From Treponema sp. (lineage in GTDB: Bacteria > Spirochaetota > Spirochaetia > Treponematales > Treponemataceae), in NCBI GenBank assembly GCA_017470085.1, contig JAFUFE010000114.1:1721-65720 (forward strand): a DNA stretch of 64,000 nt. The letters are read 5' to 3'. Under the pieces are notes generated by a model. That model ran no database searches and had not been told where the DNA came from. It was given only the letters and a program-made list of their open reading frames with translations. The position numbers and the translations under genes were made by a program. Shown here in pieces: positions 11,551 to 20,388 of the stretch; the first letter of the stretch is position 1, and each line of letters begins with the position of its first letter.

Positions 11551-12351
11551 TCAGTGGGCGTTCCCTTCCTGAATACCGTTATCTGTATTTTTGACAGGCT
11601 GCGAAACCTTCTTTATATAGAAAAGCGCATACCCTATGTAGAGCACGGTAATAATAAAACGCACAAGCCAATGCAGCGGTACATTGAAAAGTCCCAACAC
11701 CGTTTTAAGAACAGCACCGGGAAAGTGTGCCAATACAGCTATAGCGAACAGACTTTTTACTGAAATCGTACTACCCGCTATTTTTGCCAGTATCGTTCCT
11801 GTTACCACGTGAACAGCGCCCCAGAAGAGCGGCAGCACATACGCTCCAGCCACAATCACTACAGAAAAAAGTATCAGCACCAGCGGATATTTTCGAACAA
11901 ATCGCTCTGCAACTGCACTATTTATATCGAAAGATATGTTTTTATTGAACGGTATTATCCGTAGTTCGCCAGTACTTTTCACGCTGATTATTCCGTCTTT
12001 AAATAGGGCTATTATTTGGTCACTATCGCGACGCTCTGAATAGATGCTCAGAGCAGGATCAATGACGGCAATTTTTATTCCGGTGCGGCTTTCAAGCACC
12101 ACCCGTTCATCGTTTTTCACGGATAGCACGCCGTCCTGTATTCGCATGTCAGGAATCTGTTCCACGAGTGGATACACTTCATCTTTTACAAATGCAGAAA
12201 AAGAGATGCCGGTCTGCACTACTGAAGGAATTGAAACAATCGCCGCACACAAAAGCAATACGACAAAGATAGTATGCTCACCTTTTGCAACGGAGTAGTA
12301 TGCACTACCGTCAAAGAAACTTCTATACAGAATCGTTAATTTTCCTTTCAT
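11551..12351 (-). CDS. Polytopic membrane protein, DUF1189-like (family recalled from memory)
   Basis: ATG at 12351 is preceded by AGGAGA. The N-terminal loop-TM-extracytoplasmic segment followed by C-terminal TM helices resembles the YvdJ/DUF1189 architecture. Confidence 0.6.
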   Translation of the reverse strand: MKGKLTILYRSFFDGSAYYSVAKGEHTIFVVLLLCAAIVSIPSVVQTGISFSAFVKDEVYPLVEQIPDMRIQDGVLSVKNDERVVLESRTGIKIAVIDPALSIYSERRDSDQIIALFKDGIISVKSTGELRIIPFNKNISFDINSAVAERFVRKYPLVLILFSVVIVAGAYVLPLFWGAVHVVTGTILAKIAGSTISVKSLFAIAVLAHFPGAVLKTVLGLFNVPLHWLVRFIITVLYIGYALFYIKKVSQPVKNTDNGIQEGNAH

Positions 12352-12455
12352 TTCGCTCTCCTGATGCCGCATGACGGACTGTTCACATCACTATAAGTCG
12401 TCCGCGCAGATTTTGTCAACGTTCGTTGTGAGTATTTGTATGGACTACAATTTTG

Positions 12456-12484
12456 TTGATTTATATCTGCACATCTGTTATAAT
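12456..12484 (+). promoter_or_regulatory. Sigma-70-type promoter TTGATT-N17-TATAAT upstream of the chemoreceptor gene
   Basis: TTGATT at 12456-12461 and TATAAT at 12479-12484, preceded by TGT; lies 42 nt before the ATG. Confidence 0.55.
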
Positions 12485-12525
12485 TTATTTATAAAATTTT
12501 ATCCACACCCAGGAGGCACACCTCT

Positions 12526-14655
12526 ATGCCCACGCTCCCCAAGAACGCTCTGTCACAGAAACGGACAAATTCAATAACACGAAAATTGTTGCTACCGGTC
12601 ATTATTTTGGTACTGACGTTGTATGTGGTGCTGTTTTTCAATAATTGGTGGAGCATAAACAGTTTTTCAAAAAAGCAGGTGCAGTCGCTTGCAGACCTCA
12701 AACACATGATAGTTGTGAACACAATCAACAATTACACCGCAACGAGCACTATGCTCTTGGATTTCGTCCTGAACAACGAAGACATTGTACAGGCGTTCGC
12801 CGCGCAGGACAGGCAGGCATTGCTGGCGGCATCTTCCCCGCTTTGGAATATGATGCACCAAAAATACAATATTTCGCAATTTCATTTTCATACGCCCGAT
12901 TCGTTTTCGTACCTGCGCGTACAAAAGCCTGCCCAATATGGAGACGATTTGAGTTCGTTCCGTGCGACCGTTGTAGCGGCGAACAGGCAGCGTAAACGCA
13001 TCACAGGGCTTGAAGTTGGCGTCAGCGATTTAGGGTTCCGTGTGGTAACACCGGTGACCACAGCGAACGGTATTCACGCAGGAACAGTAGAAGTAGGGAT
13101 CGGCATCGGTGATACATTTATCGCTGAAGTCGCTGCAACGGCGCCGGCAGAAGCGCTCGACGGCGGCTTGAACATCGCCATTGCGGTACGCACCCTTTCC
13201 GGTGAATATAAAACTATGGGCAGTAATTTTTCCCGCGAACAGAATAACGACCACGAAACAATCATGCAGCAGCTGGCCGGAAAAAGTTCCTTCATTCATA
13301 CGGACAAGGACACCGTGTCCGCATATTATCCGCTCATCGATTTTTCCGACAACACCATCGGATATATACAATTCGGCTTCTCTATTGCGGCAATCAGGAC
13401 GGAACAGCTGACTTTCTTTGCGCGATTGCTCATCATTTATATCCTGACGCTGTTTCTATTCGTGCTGGTCATCAGCATGGTTTCACACCGCGTGCTCACC
13501 CGTCCGATTACGCAGACGGTTGCCGCGCTCAAAGACATCGCGCAGGGCGAGGGCGATTTGACGGTGCGACTGCCGGTTACGGGCAACGATGAAATCACCG
13601 ACCTGTCGTCGTACTTCAATCTGACGATAGAAAAAATCGGCAATCTGATTAAAGCGGTTGCCGCGAATACGGAAAGCATGCAGTCTATCGGGCATGAACT
13701 CTCAAGCAATACGACACAGACGGCGAGTGCGATACACGAAATAAACGCCAACATAAACGGTGTAAAGCGGCAAGCCGTTACGCAAGCGGCGAGCGTGACC
13801 GAGACAGCCGCCACGGTTGAAGAAATCATCCGCACTATCAGGCAGTTGAACGGAAACATCGAATCGCAAGCAGCAAGCGTGGAAGAATCGCTCGCATCAG
13901 TGGAGCAGATGGCAGCCAACATAAATGCAGTAACGGCGATGCTGCGGAAAAACAGCCTGCTGATTAAGGAAGTGTACGAGCAAACAGCAAACGGTAAGAA
14001 TGGCGCACGGACAACGAACGAATCGGTGAGCGAGCTCGCGGAGAAATCGGATTCGCTGTTTGAGGCGAGCAAAGTGATTCAGAACATTGCGGAGCAGACG
14101 AATTTACTCGCGATGAATGCGGCAATCGAGGCGGCGCATGCGGGGGAAAGCGGTAAAGGCTTTGCTGTGGTCGCCGACGAAATCAGAAAGCTTGCGGAAG
14201 AATCGAACATGCAGGGCAAGCAGATAGGCGGTGTTATAAACGAATCGCTACAGGTGATACGGCATATAACAGAAGCGGGGAATGGAGCAGAACAGACGTT
14301 TATCCATGTGTACGACCTTATGAGCGAACTGTCCGCGCAGGAGGAGCGGATACTGAACGCAATGCAAGAGCAAGAACACGGCAGTACGGAGATGTTGCAA
14401 GCAATCAGGGAAATAAACACGGTGACGGTGCAGGTACGGGACGGTTCAGCACAGATGCTCGCGGGCGGCGAGAATGTTGCAGTGGAGATGCACCGGCTCG
14501 ATGAGCTAACGCGCGTCATTACCGACAGCATGAACGAAATGTCTGTGGGAGCAGTACAAATTGACAACTCGGTGCAGGACATAAATACAATCGCCGCAAA
14601 AAACAAAAAGAGCACCGATGATCTTGCCGCGGAGATGAAAAAGTTCAAGGTGTAA
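12526..14655 (+). CDS. Methyl-accepting chemotaxis protein (periplasmic Cache-like sensor, HAMP, MA signalling domain)
   Basis: 709 aa with two TM segments flanking a ~270-aa sensor. HAMP-like segment is [24 protein letters not shown]; the conserved hairpin is [41 protein letters not shown] is AGGAGG. Confidence 0.92.
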   Translation: MPTLPKNALSQKRTNSITRKLLLPVIILVLTLYVVLFFNNWWSINSFSKKQVQSLADLKHMIVVNTINNYTATSTMLLDFVLNNEDIVQAFAAQDRQALLAASSPLWNMMHQKYNISQFHFHTPDSFSYLRVQKPAQYGDDLSSFRATVVAANRQRKRITGLEVGVSDLGFRVVTPVTTANGIHAGTVEVGIGIGDTFIAEVAATAPAEALDGGLNIAIAVRTLSGEYKTMGSNFSREQNNDHETIMQQLAGKSSFIHTDKDTVSAYYPLIDFSDNTIGYIQFGFSIAAIRTEQLTFFARLLIIYILTLFLFVLVISMVSHRVLTRPITQTVAALKDIAQGEGDLTVRLPVTGNDEITDLSSYFNLTIEKIGNLIKAVAANTESMQSIGHELSSNTTQTASAIHEINANINGVKRQAVTQAASVTETAATVEEIIRTIRQLNGNIESQAASVEESLASVEQMAANINAVTAMLRKNSLLIKEVYEQTANGKNGARTTNESVSELAEKSDSLFEASKVIQNIAEQTNLLAMNAAIEAAHAGESGKGFAVVADEIRKLAEESNMQGKQIGGVINESLQVIRHITEAGNGAEQTFIHVYDLMSELSAQEERILNAMQEQEHGSTEMLQAIREINTVTVQVRDGSAQMLAGGENVAVEMHRLDELTRVITDSMNEMSVGAVQIDNSVQDINTIAAKNKKSTDDLAAEMKKFKV

Positions 14656-14848
14656 CGTGTGTGCGGTTTTACGCGAAACGTGCTATCGTTTTCTCACATT
14701 TTAAACACCGGAAAATGTTTCTTAATTTTGAATCGTGAACGATGTTTCAAAATCGAAAGCTGTTCCAAACCGCGCGGTCACTTGAAGCGACGCTGCAAAA
14801 CGCACTGAAATGAGAACGTGCAATGAACGCTCCCGATGCAGAGTGTTC

Positions 14849-14879
14849 GGTGTGGTGGTGGTGTGTGTGTGGGGGGGGG
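14849..14879. repeat. Composite microsatellite: GT/GGT-rich run followed by G9
   Basis: Reads ggtgtggtggtggtgtgtgtgt then nine G (14871-14879). A near-identical (GT)4-G8 lies at 62836-62851. Confidence 0.9.
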
Positions 14880-14944
14880 ATCGCTCGTTCTCATACGATA
14901 TCGCAGTCGAGCATATCCCCTTATCTCGCCGCACGCATCGGGAC

Positions 14945-15205
14945 ATACGCCAGCCGCGTGGGCGGCGAGTGAAATAATTTCTACTCATGCAAACAGAGCG
15001 AAGCGACGTATACGCCAGTCGCGCAAGCGACGAGTTAGATAACTTCCTTACAGTAAACGACACGAAGTGGCGTATGCACCAGCCGCGCGAGCGGCGAGTC
15101 AAATAACTTTCATTCATGCAAACAGAGCGAAGCGACGTATACACAAGTCGCTCTGCCTGTCGCTAGCCGGTCAGTCGCGCACGCGAAAATTCATATAACT
15201 TTCTT
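14945..15205. repeat. Tandem array of ~64-65-bp repeats (3 good units plus a degenerate fourth)
   Basis: Units start at 14945, 15010, 15074 and 15139. Units 1 and 3 are near-identical, including CATGCAAACAGAGCGAAGCGACGTATAC. A related inverted copy lies at 39001-39135. Confidence 0.85.
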
Positions 15206-15419
15206 CTCTTTCGTGTCAAAATCATCTGCTTGTACCACAGAGTATATAGAACCAATTTTGATTTTCCATACGATGATGCACGTGCAGGCGCTGTTTTTCA
15301 ACAACGCCGTTTCAACTACACGAACACGGCGCTCCCGTCAAATGGGGTGACACACCGAAAGCTCGTTTTCACCCCAAACTGACCGACAGCGGATGCAGCG
15401 CCTGCGTCCATGCAGCAAC

Positions 15420-16370
15420 TTATACAGACGGTATTTCCCAGTTGAAAAATTTCCAATATGGGGCACCGACACGCTGTTTAAAATCCGTCATATCCTTTTG
15501 GCTCCAGTCATACACACCTTTCCCCGTTTTGACGCCCAGATTACTTTCTTCTACCAGCCTACTGACCAATGCCGGAACACCGGTCTCATTTGAGAGCGTC
15601 GGAAAAATCGTCTTGCTCACATTGTAGTTCAAATCCAGACCGCCATTGTCCATGTGCTCAAACAGGCCGATATGAGAATAACGCGGACAAAAGCTGTACA
15701 GCAAACAGGTATCTACATCTTCCGGACGCGCGATGCCTTGCTCCACAATGTTAACCGCTTCACGCCACAGCGCAAACTGCAATCGATTACCGATAAAGCC
15801 TGGTGCGCTTTTTTTCATAATGACCGGCTTTCGATCCAAATCTTCAAGCAATGTTTTGGCAAACGTCTTGACCGACTCATCTGTAGCGCTTCCGCCTGCA
15901 ATTTCAAAATACGGTACCAGATGTGGCGGGAAAAATGGATGTGTTACCACCAGACGGTCTTTATACTTTGTCATCTTTTCTGCCATAACATCCACTTCTA
16001 ACGCAGAAGACACCGAACAGATTGCGCGAACATTTGGACACGATGCTTCTATTTTTTGGAGTACCTCATGCTTGACGTCTACCTTTTCGACGACCGCCTC
16101 AAATATGACATCGCACGCCGCAAGCGCACTGTACTCCAACGAATATGATAGCTGCTGTTTGCAATAAGCAATCTGTCCCTCGTTGATACATGCCTGATCT
16201 TTTAAATCGTCAAGATATTTATCGTATTGCTTTTCGCTTGTCTGACGGAGTTCCTCATTCACTGCAAGAACGACGGTATCAAATCCGTGGCTGGTCGTCA
16301 AAACAGCAACACTTGTTCCAATCATTCCGGTACCAATAATGCCGATTTTTTTTACATTTTCACGATTCAT
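15420..16370 (-). CDS. NAD-dependent 3-hydroxyacyl(-CoA) dehydrogenase family protein (L-carnitine-dehydrogenase-like)
   Basis: ATG at 16370 follows GAGGAGG. Rossmann motif is KKIGIIGTGMIGTSVA; the 3HCDH C-terminal domain carries PGFIGNRLQFALWREA. Confidence 0.85.
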   Translation of the reverse strand: MNRENVKKIGIIGTGMIGTSVAVLTTSHGFDTVVLAVNEELRQTSEKQYDKYLDDLKDQACINEGQIAYCKQQLSYSLEYSALAACDVIFEAVVEKVDVKHEVLQKIEASCPNVRAICSVSSALEVDVMAEKMTKYKDRLVVTHPFFPPHLVPYFEIAGGSATDESVKTFAKTLLEDLDRKPVIMKKSAPGFIGNRLQFALWREAVNIVEQGIARPEDVDTCLLYSFCPRYSHIGLFEHMDNGGLDLNYNVSKTIFPTLSNETGVPALVSRLVEESNLGVKTGKGVYDWSQKDMTDFKQRVGAPYWKFFNWEIPSV

Positions 16371-16432
16371 ACAAACCTCCTCAAAAATGCAGCAACGCAG
16401 GCGGAGCACATGGGGTGCCGCCGTGCACGGTA

Positions 16433-17725
16433 TCACATATATCCCATAATTTTAAACAGTAGCAGTAAGATAATCATTGAAACCAACGACATAACCGGCA
16501 CCGTTAAGAACATCAAGAAGTATGATTTTTTATGCGTGGAGCCAGCAGCGGTAATCGCTGAATTGACGACGCTGTTATTGGGCAACGTGAAAATCATTGT
16601 TGACAACGCAATACCTCTGGTCAGCGCCTCAACGTTGGCACCCATCGGCACAAAGTATTCGTTAATGATTGGCAACGCCATACCTTCGCCGCCAGTTCCA
16701 GAGCCGCAGACACCCGCCAAAACCGCGACAATTACCACGGAAATAATAACGGGATTGCCGTTCATTCCAACAACTGCCTGTATCATGTTTTGAAACGCTT
16801 CGGTTGACTGCACAACGCCGCCAAATCCTACCGCAGAACAAGTGGCAACGAGCGCCGTCGTTCCGCCAACCACACCCATTTGGAGTTTCTGCCACATGCC
16901 GTCTTTCCAGGGCAAATACTTCGCGTAGAAAATGAGGGCTGCCACAATGCCGATTGTCATACCGACTGCAGCGTGTGCTTTTATAAAACCTAACGCGCAG
17001 ATTAAAATCGCCATTGGAATAATAGCAAGCAAAAAGCTGGGAGCGTTTTTGCGCTCTGCCGATTTTTCAGGTGCACCTGCCACATGGGGTTCATCCCAGC
17101 CGAGTCCCTTTTTCTTCGTATAATTCACGTACCACGAGCAAAGCACAATCTCAAGTATGATCTGTATACCGCCTGCGATAAATCCCGGGACGGCTGCTGC
17201 AAAGGTTGTCGTACCGAGCGCTTGAGCCGGAACCAGCAGCTGTATCGCTGGAGAGCCGGGCATCCACACCGTAAAGGAGCCTGCCGCCGCAACATAGATA
17301 CCGGGCGCTAACGTTGAAGATATATTCGCTTTTTTGAACAAAGAAAACATGAGCGGATACAACGTAAACATACCGATAAAGACGGAGATGCCTCCATAGC
17401 CCATAATGCCGCCTGCCAAAATAATCGCCGGCACGATTGCCTTTTCGCCGAGTTTGTCCACCACAAAATTAGCGATAGAATCCGCGGCTCCTGACAATTC
17501 AAGAATTTTTCCAAAAATTGCACCGAGCAAAAAAACTAAAAAATTACTCTGCACAAATCCGGCGAATGCTCCGGCAAAAGTTCCCGTTATGCCGCCCACC
17601 ACATCCATGTGTGCTGTTAGAAGAACAAAAACACTGGTGATGATTGCGCCAAAAAAAATCGGCACACCGCGGATACACAGAATCGTAATCAATATGATTG
17701 CTAAAATAAGAAATACTGTCTGCAT
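16433..17725 (-). CDS. GntP-family (gluconate/hydroxy-acid:H+) permease
   Basis: 430-aa polytopic protein with GntP-like N-terminus and G-rich TM segments; lies between the BKACE and dehydrogenase genes. Confidence 0.8.
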   Translation of the reverse strand: MQTVFLILAIILITILCIRGVPIFFGAIITSVFVLLTAHMDVVGGITGTFAGAFAGFVQSNFLVFLLGAIFGKILELSGAADSIANFVVDKLGEKAIVPAIILAGGIMGYGGISVFIGMFTLYPLMFSLFKKANISSTLAPGIYVAAAGSFTVWMPGSPAIQLLVPAQALGTTTFAAAVPGFIAGGIQIILEIVLCSWYVNYTKKKGLGWDEPHVAGAPEKSAERKNAPSFLLAIIPMAILICALGFIKAHAAVGMTIGIVAALIFYAKYLPWKDGMWQKLQMGVVGGTTALVATCSAVGFGGVVQSTEAFQNMIQAVVGMNGNPVIISVVIVAVLAGVCGSGTGGEGMALPIINEYFVPMGANVEALTRGIALSTMIFTLPNNSVVNSAITAAGSTHKKSYFLMFLTVPVMSLVSMIILLLLFKIMGYM

Positions 17726-17743
17726 GTATCTCCTCCGTACCGA

Positions 17744-18625
17744 TTATGCACTGTGCGGTATGTGCAAAATGTCACGCGCTTCATCAGGCGTTGCAACTTC
17801 CAACCCGAGCTCGTGGATAATCCGCACCGCACGCTCAACCATCTCGGCGTTGCTCTTCAAAAGCCGTCCCGGCGCATAGTAAATATTGTCTTCCATACCG
17901 ACGCGCGCGCCGCCACCTTTGAGGATCGTCATCGCCATACCCGGCACGTGATTTTTTGCACCGATGGAAATCGTAGAGAAATTCACAAATCGATCCCGCG
18001 GCAACTTTTTAATCATAAAGTCAAGATTCTCTTCAGAAAATGAAATGGCGCCCTGGCTGATTTTATCCATGCCCATAACAAATGAAAGCGAAACCGGATC
18101 AGAGAGACAGCCGGCCGGCTCCAGAACGTTGAATACATCTTCCACCGATGTCGGATCAAAACATTCAAGCTCCGGCTTAATGCCCATGTCTTTCATCATC
18201 TGCGCATATTTAATGAGGAACGGACGGTACCATTCATACACAAACGTGCGGTCTGCCCAGCTTGTCCCGATGAGCGAACAGTCAAGCGAACACATCTCTG
18301 GCTTCACCAAATCTTTATAGTACAGCAGCTGCATGCCGTCTTCCGCCGTCGTTCCGGCTTTATTTGCCGGCGCCGTTGAATACTGCAAGATGACGTTGCA
18401 TTTAGCCCGAATCCGCGAACCGATATCGCTGTATACGACGGGGTCATTCGTTGACTTCCCCGCTGTGTCACGTGCGTGAATGTGCACAATTGCCGCGCCT
18501 GCGTTATAGCAGTCATACGCCGATTGCGCAATCTCCTCCGGCTGCAGCGGAATATTCGGGTTCGCCTCTTTGCCGTGGAACGCGCCAGTCTGTGCCACCG
18601 TAATGATTACTTTCCTTGTCGCCAT
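17744..18625 (-). CDS. Beta-keto acid cleavage enzyme (BKACE / DUF849, 3-keto-5-aminohexanoate cleavage enzyme family)
   Basis: 293 aa. VIITVAQTGAFHGKEANPNIPLQPEEIAQSAYDCYNAGAAIVHIHARD is the typical BKACE N-terminus with metal-binding HxH. RBS is GGAGGT. Confidence 0.85.
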   Translation of the reverse strand: MATRKVIITVAQTGAFHGKEANPNIPLQPEEIAQSAYDCYNAGAAIVHIHARDTAGKSTNDPVVYSDIGSRIRAKCNVILQYSTAPANKAGTTAEDGMQLLYYKDLVKPEMCSLDCSLIGTSWADRTFVYEWYRPFLIKYAQMMKDMGIKPELECFDPTSVEDVFNVLEPAGCLSDPVSLSFVMGMDKISQGAISFSEENLDFMIKKLPRDRFVNFSTISIGAKNHVPGMAMTILKGGGARVGMEDNIYYAPGRLLKSNAEMVERAVRIIHELGLEVATPDEARDILHIPHSA

Positions 18626-18683
18626 AGTAATATACCTCCGTTTCGATTTGACAGTAAGAACTGCCTTTGCCGTTTATCACCGT

Positions 18684-18699
18684 AGCAAATTACATGCCA
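18684..18699 (-). promoter_or_regulatory. Sigma-54 (-24/-12) promoter of the BKACE operon
   Basis: Minus strand reads TGGCAT-GTAAT-TTGCT with exact GG-N10-GC spacing. The -12 element lies 58 nt upstream of the BKACE ATG. Confidence 0.8.
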
Positions 18700-18941
18700 A
18701 AAAATCAGTTTGTGGAGAAATATCGCCAAAATGCACTTTTTTGGCTCATTTCTGACACGATGTGGCACAAAATACACAAAAACTCCGGCTTACAGCACAG
18801 CATTCCCCGGATATTTTATGCATATCTGCATATGCATATATTCTCTTTTCTCCCAAAATATGCTATAATTGCTCACTGTATGCAGCAACTTGACAAAACC
18901 GTGGCTGCAGCATCGAGTCCCCAGGGAAACGGAAACACCGA

Positions 18942-20384
18942 ATGAGCGAGCCCCAAACAACCGTATTTCAAGACTCTACTTTGATGCGTTCTATTCTGGA
19001 CACGTCATTTGACGGCATTACCTATACCGACCGCACCGGTGTCATCATTTACAATAATCCGGCCTATTATAAAATCACCGGGCTGAACGAATCCGAACTG
19101 CTCGGAGAAAGTATCTTTTCCCTGGCAAGGAAAGGCTATCCCATATCGCGTATGGCACAGAAGGTTTTTCAGTCTCAAGAAACGTTGTCTCGAACAATCC
19201 GTTATCGCCCGGATTCCAATACGGAAGTTCTCGTTACCGTTGTACCGCGGTTTGATGATACTGGCACATTTAGCGGCATTATCGCCAACGTGCGCGACAT
19301 CACCATGTTGAACAGTCTCCGTAATCAAATGGACACCATCCATGCCACATATTCTGCAAAACTCCAGCGGCGCAAAGATGAAATAAAGCAGTTGAAAGAA
19401 CAAATTGCCCGCATACAGTTTAATCTTGACGATTACAATTTGGTCGGAAGAAGCCCAGAGATGCAGCAGCTGGTCGAGCTGGCACAGCGGATTGCACAGG
19501 TAGACAGCACCGTGCTTATTTTAGGCGAATCCGGCGTCGGCAAAGATGTATTTTGCAAGATGATAGGAAAATTTGCCGGCAAAGAAAACTACACAAAAAT
19601 TTCCTGTGGCGCGATCCCCGAAAGCCTATTGGAATCAGAGCTATTCGGCTATGAGGCGGGCTCCTTTACCGGAGCAAGCAAAACCGGTAAACCGGGCATA
19701 TTTTCTATAGCAGGGGACGGCATTGTGTTTTTAGACGAAATCGGAGAGTTGCCGCTTGCCATGCAGGTCAAATTGCTTACGGTGCTGCAGGATCGCCAGT
19801 TTTTTGCCATCGGTGGGAAAAAGCCGCTTCCCATGCGCGCACGCATTATTTCTGCAACGCACCGCGACTTAAAAACATTGGTTGCAGACGGCACATTCAG
19901 AGAAGATTTATACTACCGGTTGAACGTAATTCCGGTGCACATTCCTCCGCTCCGGGAACGCAAAGAAGATATTATGCCGATTGCCTGCCATCTGCTGGAA
20001 CGACTGAAGAAAAAATACAACCAGCAAAAAATAATCAGCAACGACTTAGCGAGTCTCCTCACTGCATACAACTGGCCGGGAAATATCCGCGAACTGCATA
20101 ATATATTGGAACGGATGTTCGTACTGTCTCCCCACATGACGCTGACGGCGCGGGACTTCCCCTGTGAATTGAACATCACAGGAGCAACAACCGGGCATGT
20201 CCCAGAAGCCCACAACTGTACGCTCAAAGAAATAACCGCGGCAACTGAAAAAGAGGCCATTACCGCCCGAATCCACCAAACAACAAATCTGCACGATGCG
20301 GCACAGAGTCTCGGTATCAACCTGTCTACGCTCGTCCGCAAGATGCAAAATATCATCTTTCTGCACGAGAACTCAAAAAAATAA
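18942..20384 (+). CDS. Sigma-54-dependent transcriptional activator (PAS sensor, AAA+ domain, Fis-type HTH)
   Basis: 480 aa. N-terminal PAS (ILDTSFDGITYTDRTGVIIYNNPAY), Walker A GESGVGKD, sigma-54 contact loop ESELFGYEAGSFTGA, C-terminal HTH LHDAAQSLGINLSTLVRKM. No receiver domain. Confidence 0.92.
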   Translation: MSEPQTTVFQDSTLMRSILDTSFDGITYTDRTGVIIYNNPAYYKITGLNESELLGESIFSLARKGYPISRMAQKVFQSQETLSRTIRYRPDSNTEVLVTVVPRFDDTGTFSGIIANVRDITMLNSLRNQMDTIHATYSAKLQRRKDEIKQLKEQIARIQFNLDDYNLVGRSPEMQQLVELAQRIAQVDSTVLILGESGVGKDVFCKMIGKFAGKENYTKISCGAIPESLLESELFGYEAGSFTGASKTGKPGIFSIAGDGIVFLDEIGELPLAMQVKLLTVLQDRQFFAIGGKKPLPMRARIISATHRDLKTLVADGTFREDLYYRLNVIPVHIPPLRERKEDIMPIACHLLERLKKKYNQQKIISNDLASLLTAYNWPGNIRELHNILERMFVLSPHMTLTARDFPCELNITGATTGHVPEAHNCTLKEITAATEKEAITARIHQTTNLHDAAQSLGINLSTLVRKMQNIIFLHENSKK

Positions 20385-20388
20385 ACGG

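Noticed and set aside
14722-15144. A 140-aa minus-strand ORF, and the similar 39001..39228 plus-strand ORF.
   Set aside because: Both are read-through translations of the ~65-bp DNA repeats. The repeated peptide YTSLRSVCM...TRR.RGW simply mirrors the nucleotide repeat, and there is no RBS.
14780-15205. Possible CRISPR array.
   Set aside because: The units are about 65 bp and contiguous, with no unique spacers, and no cas genes are present in the window.
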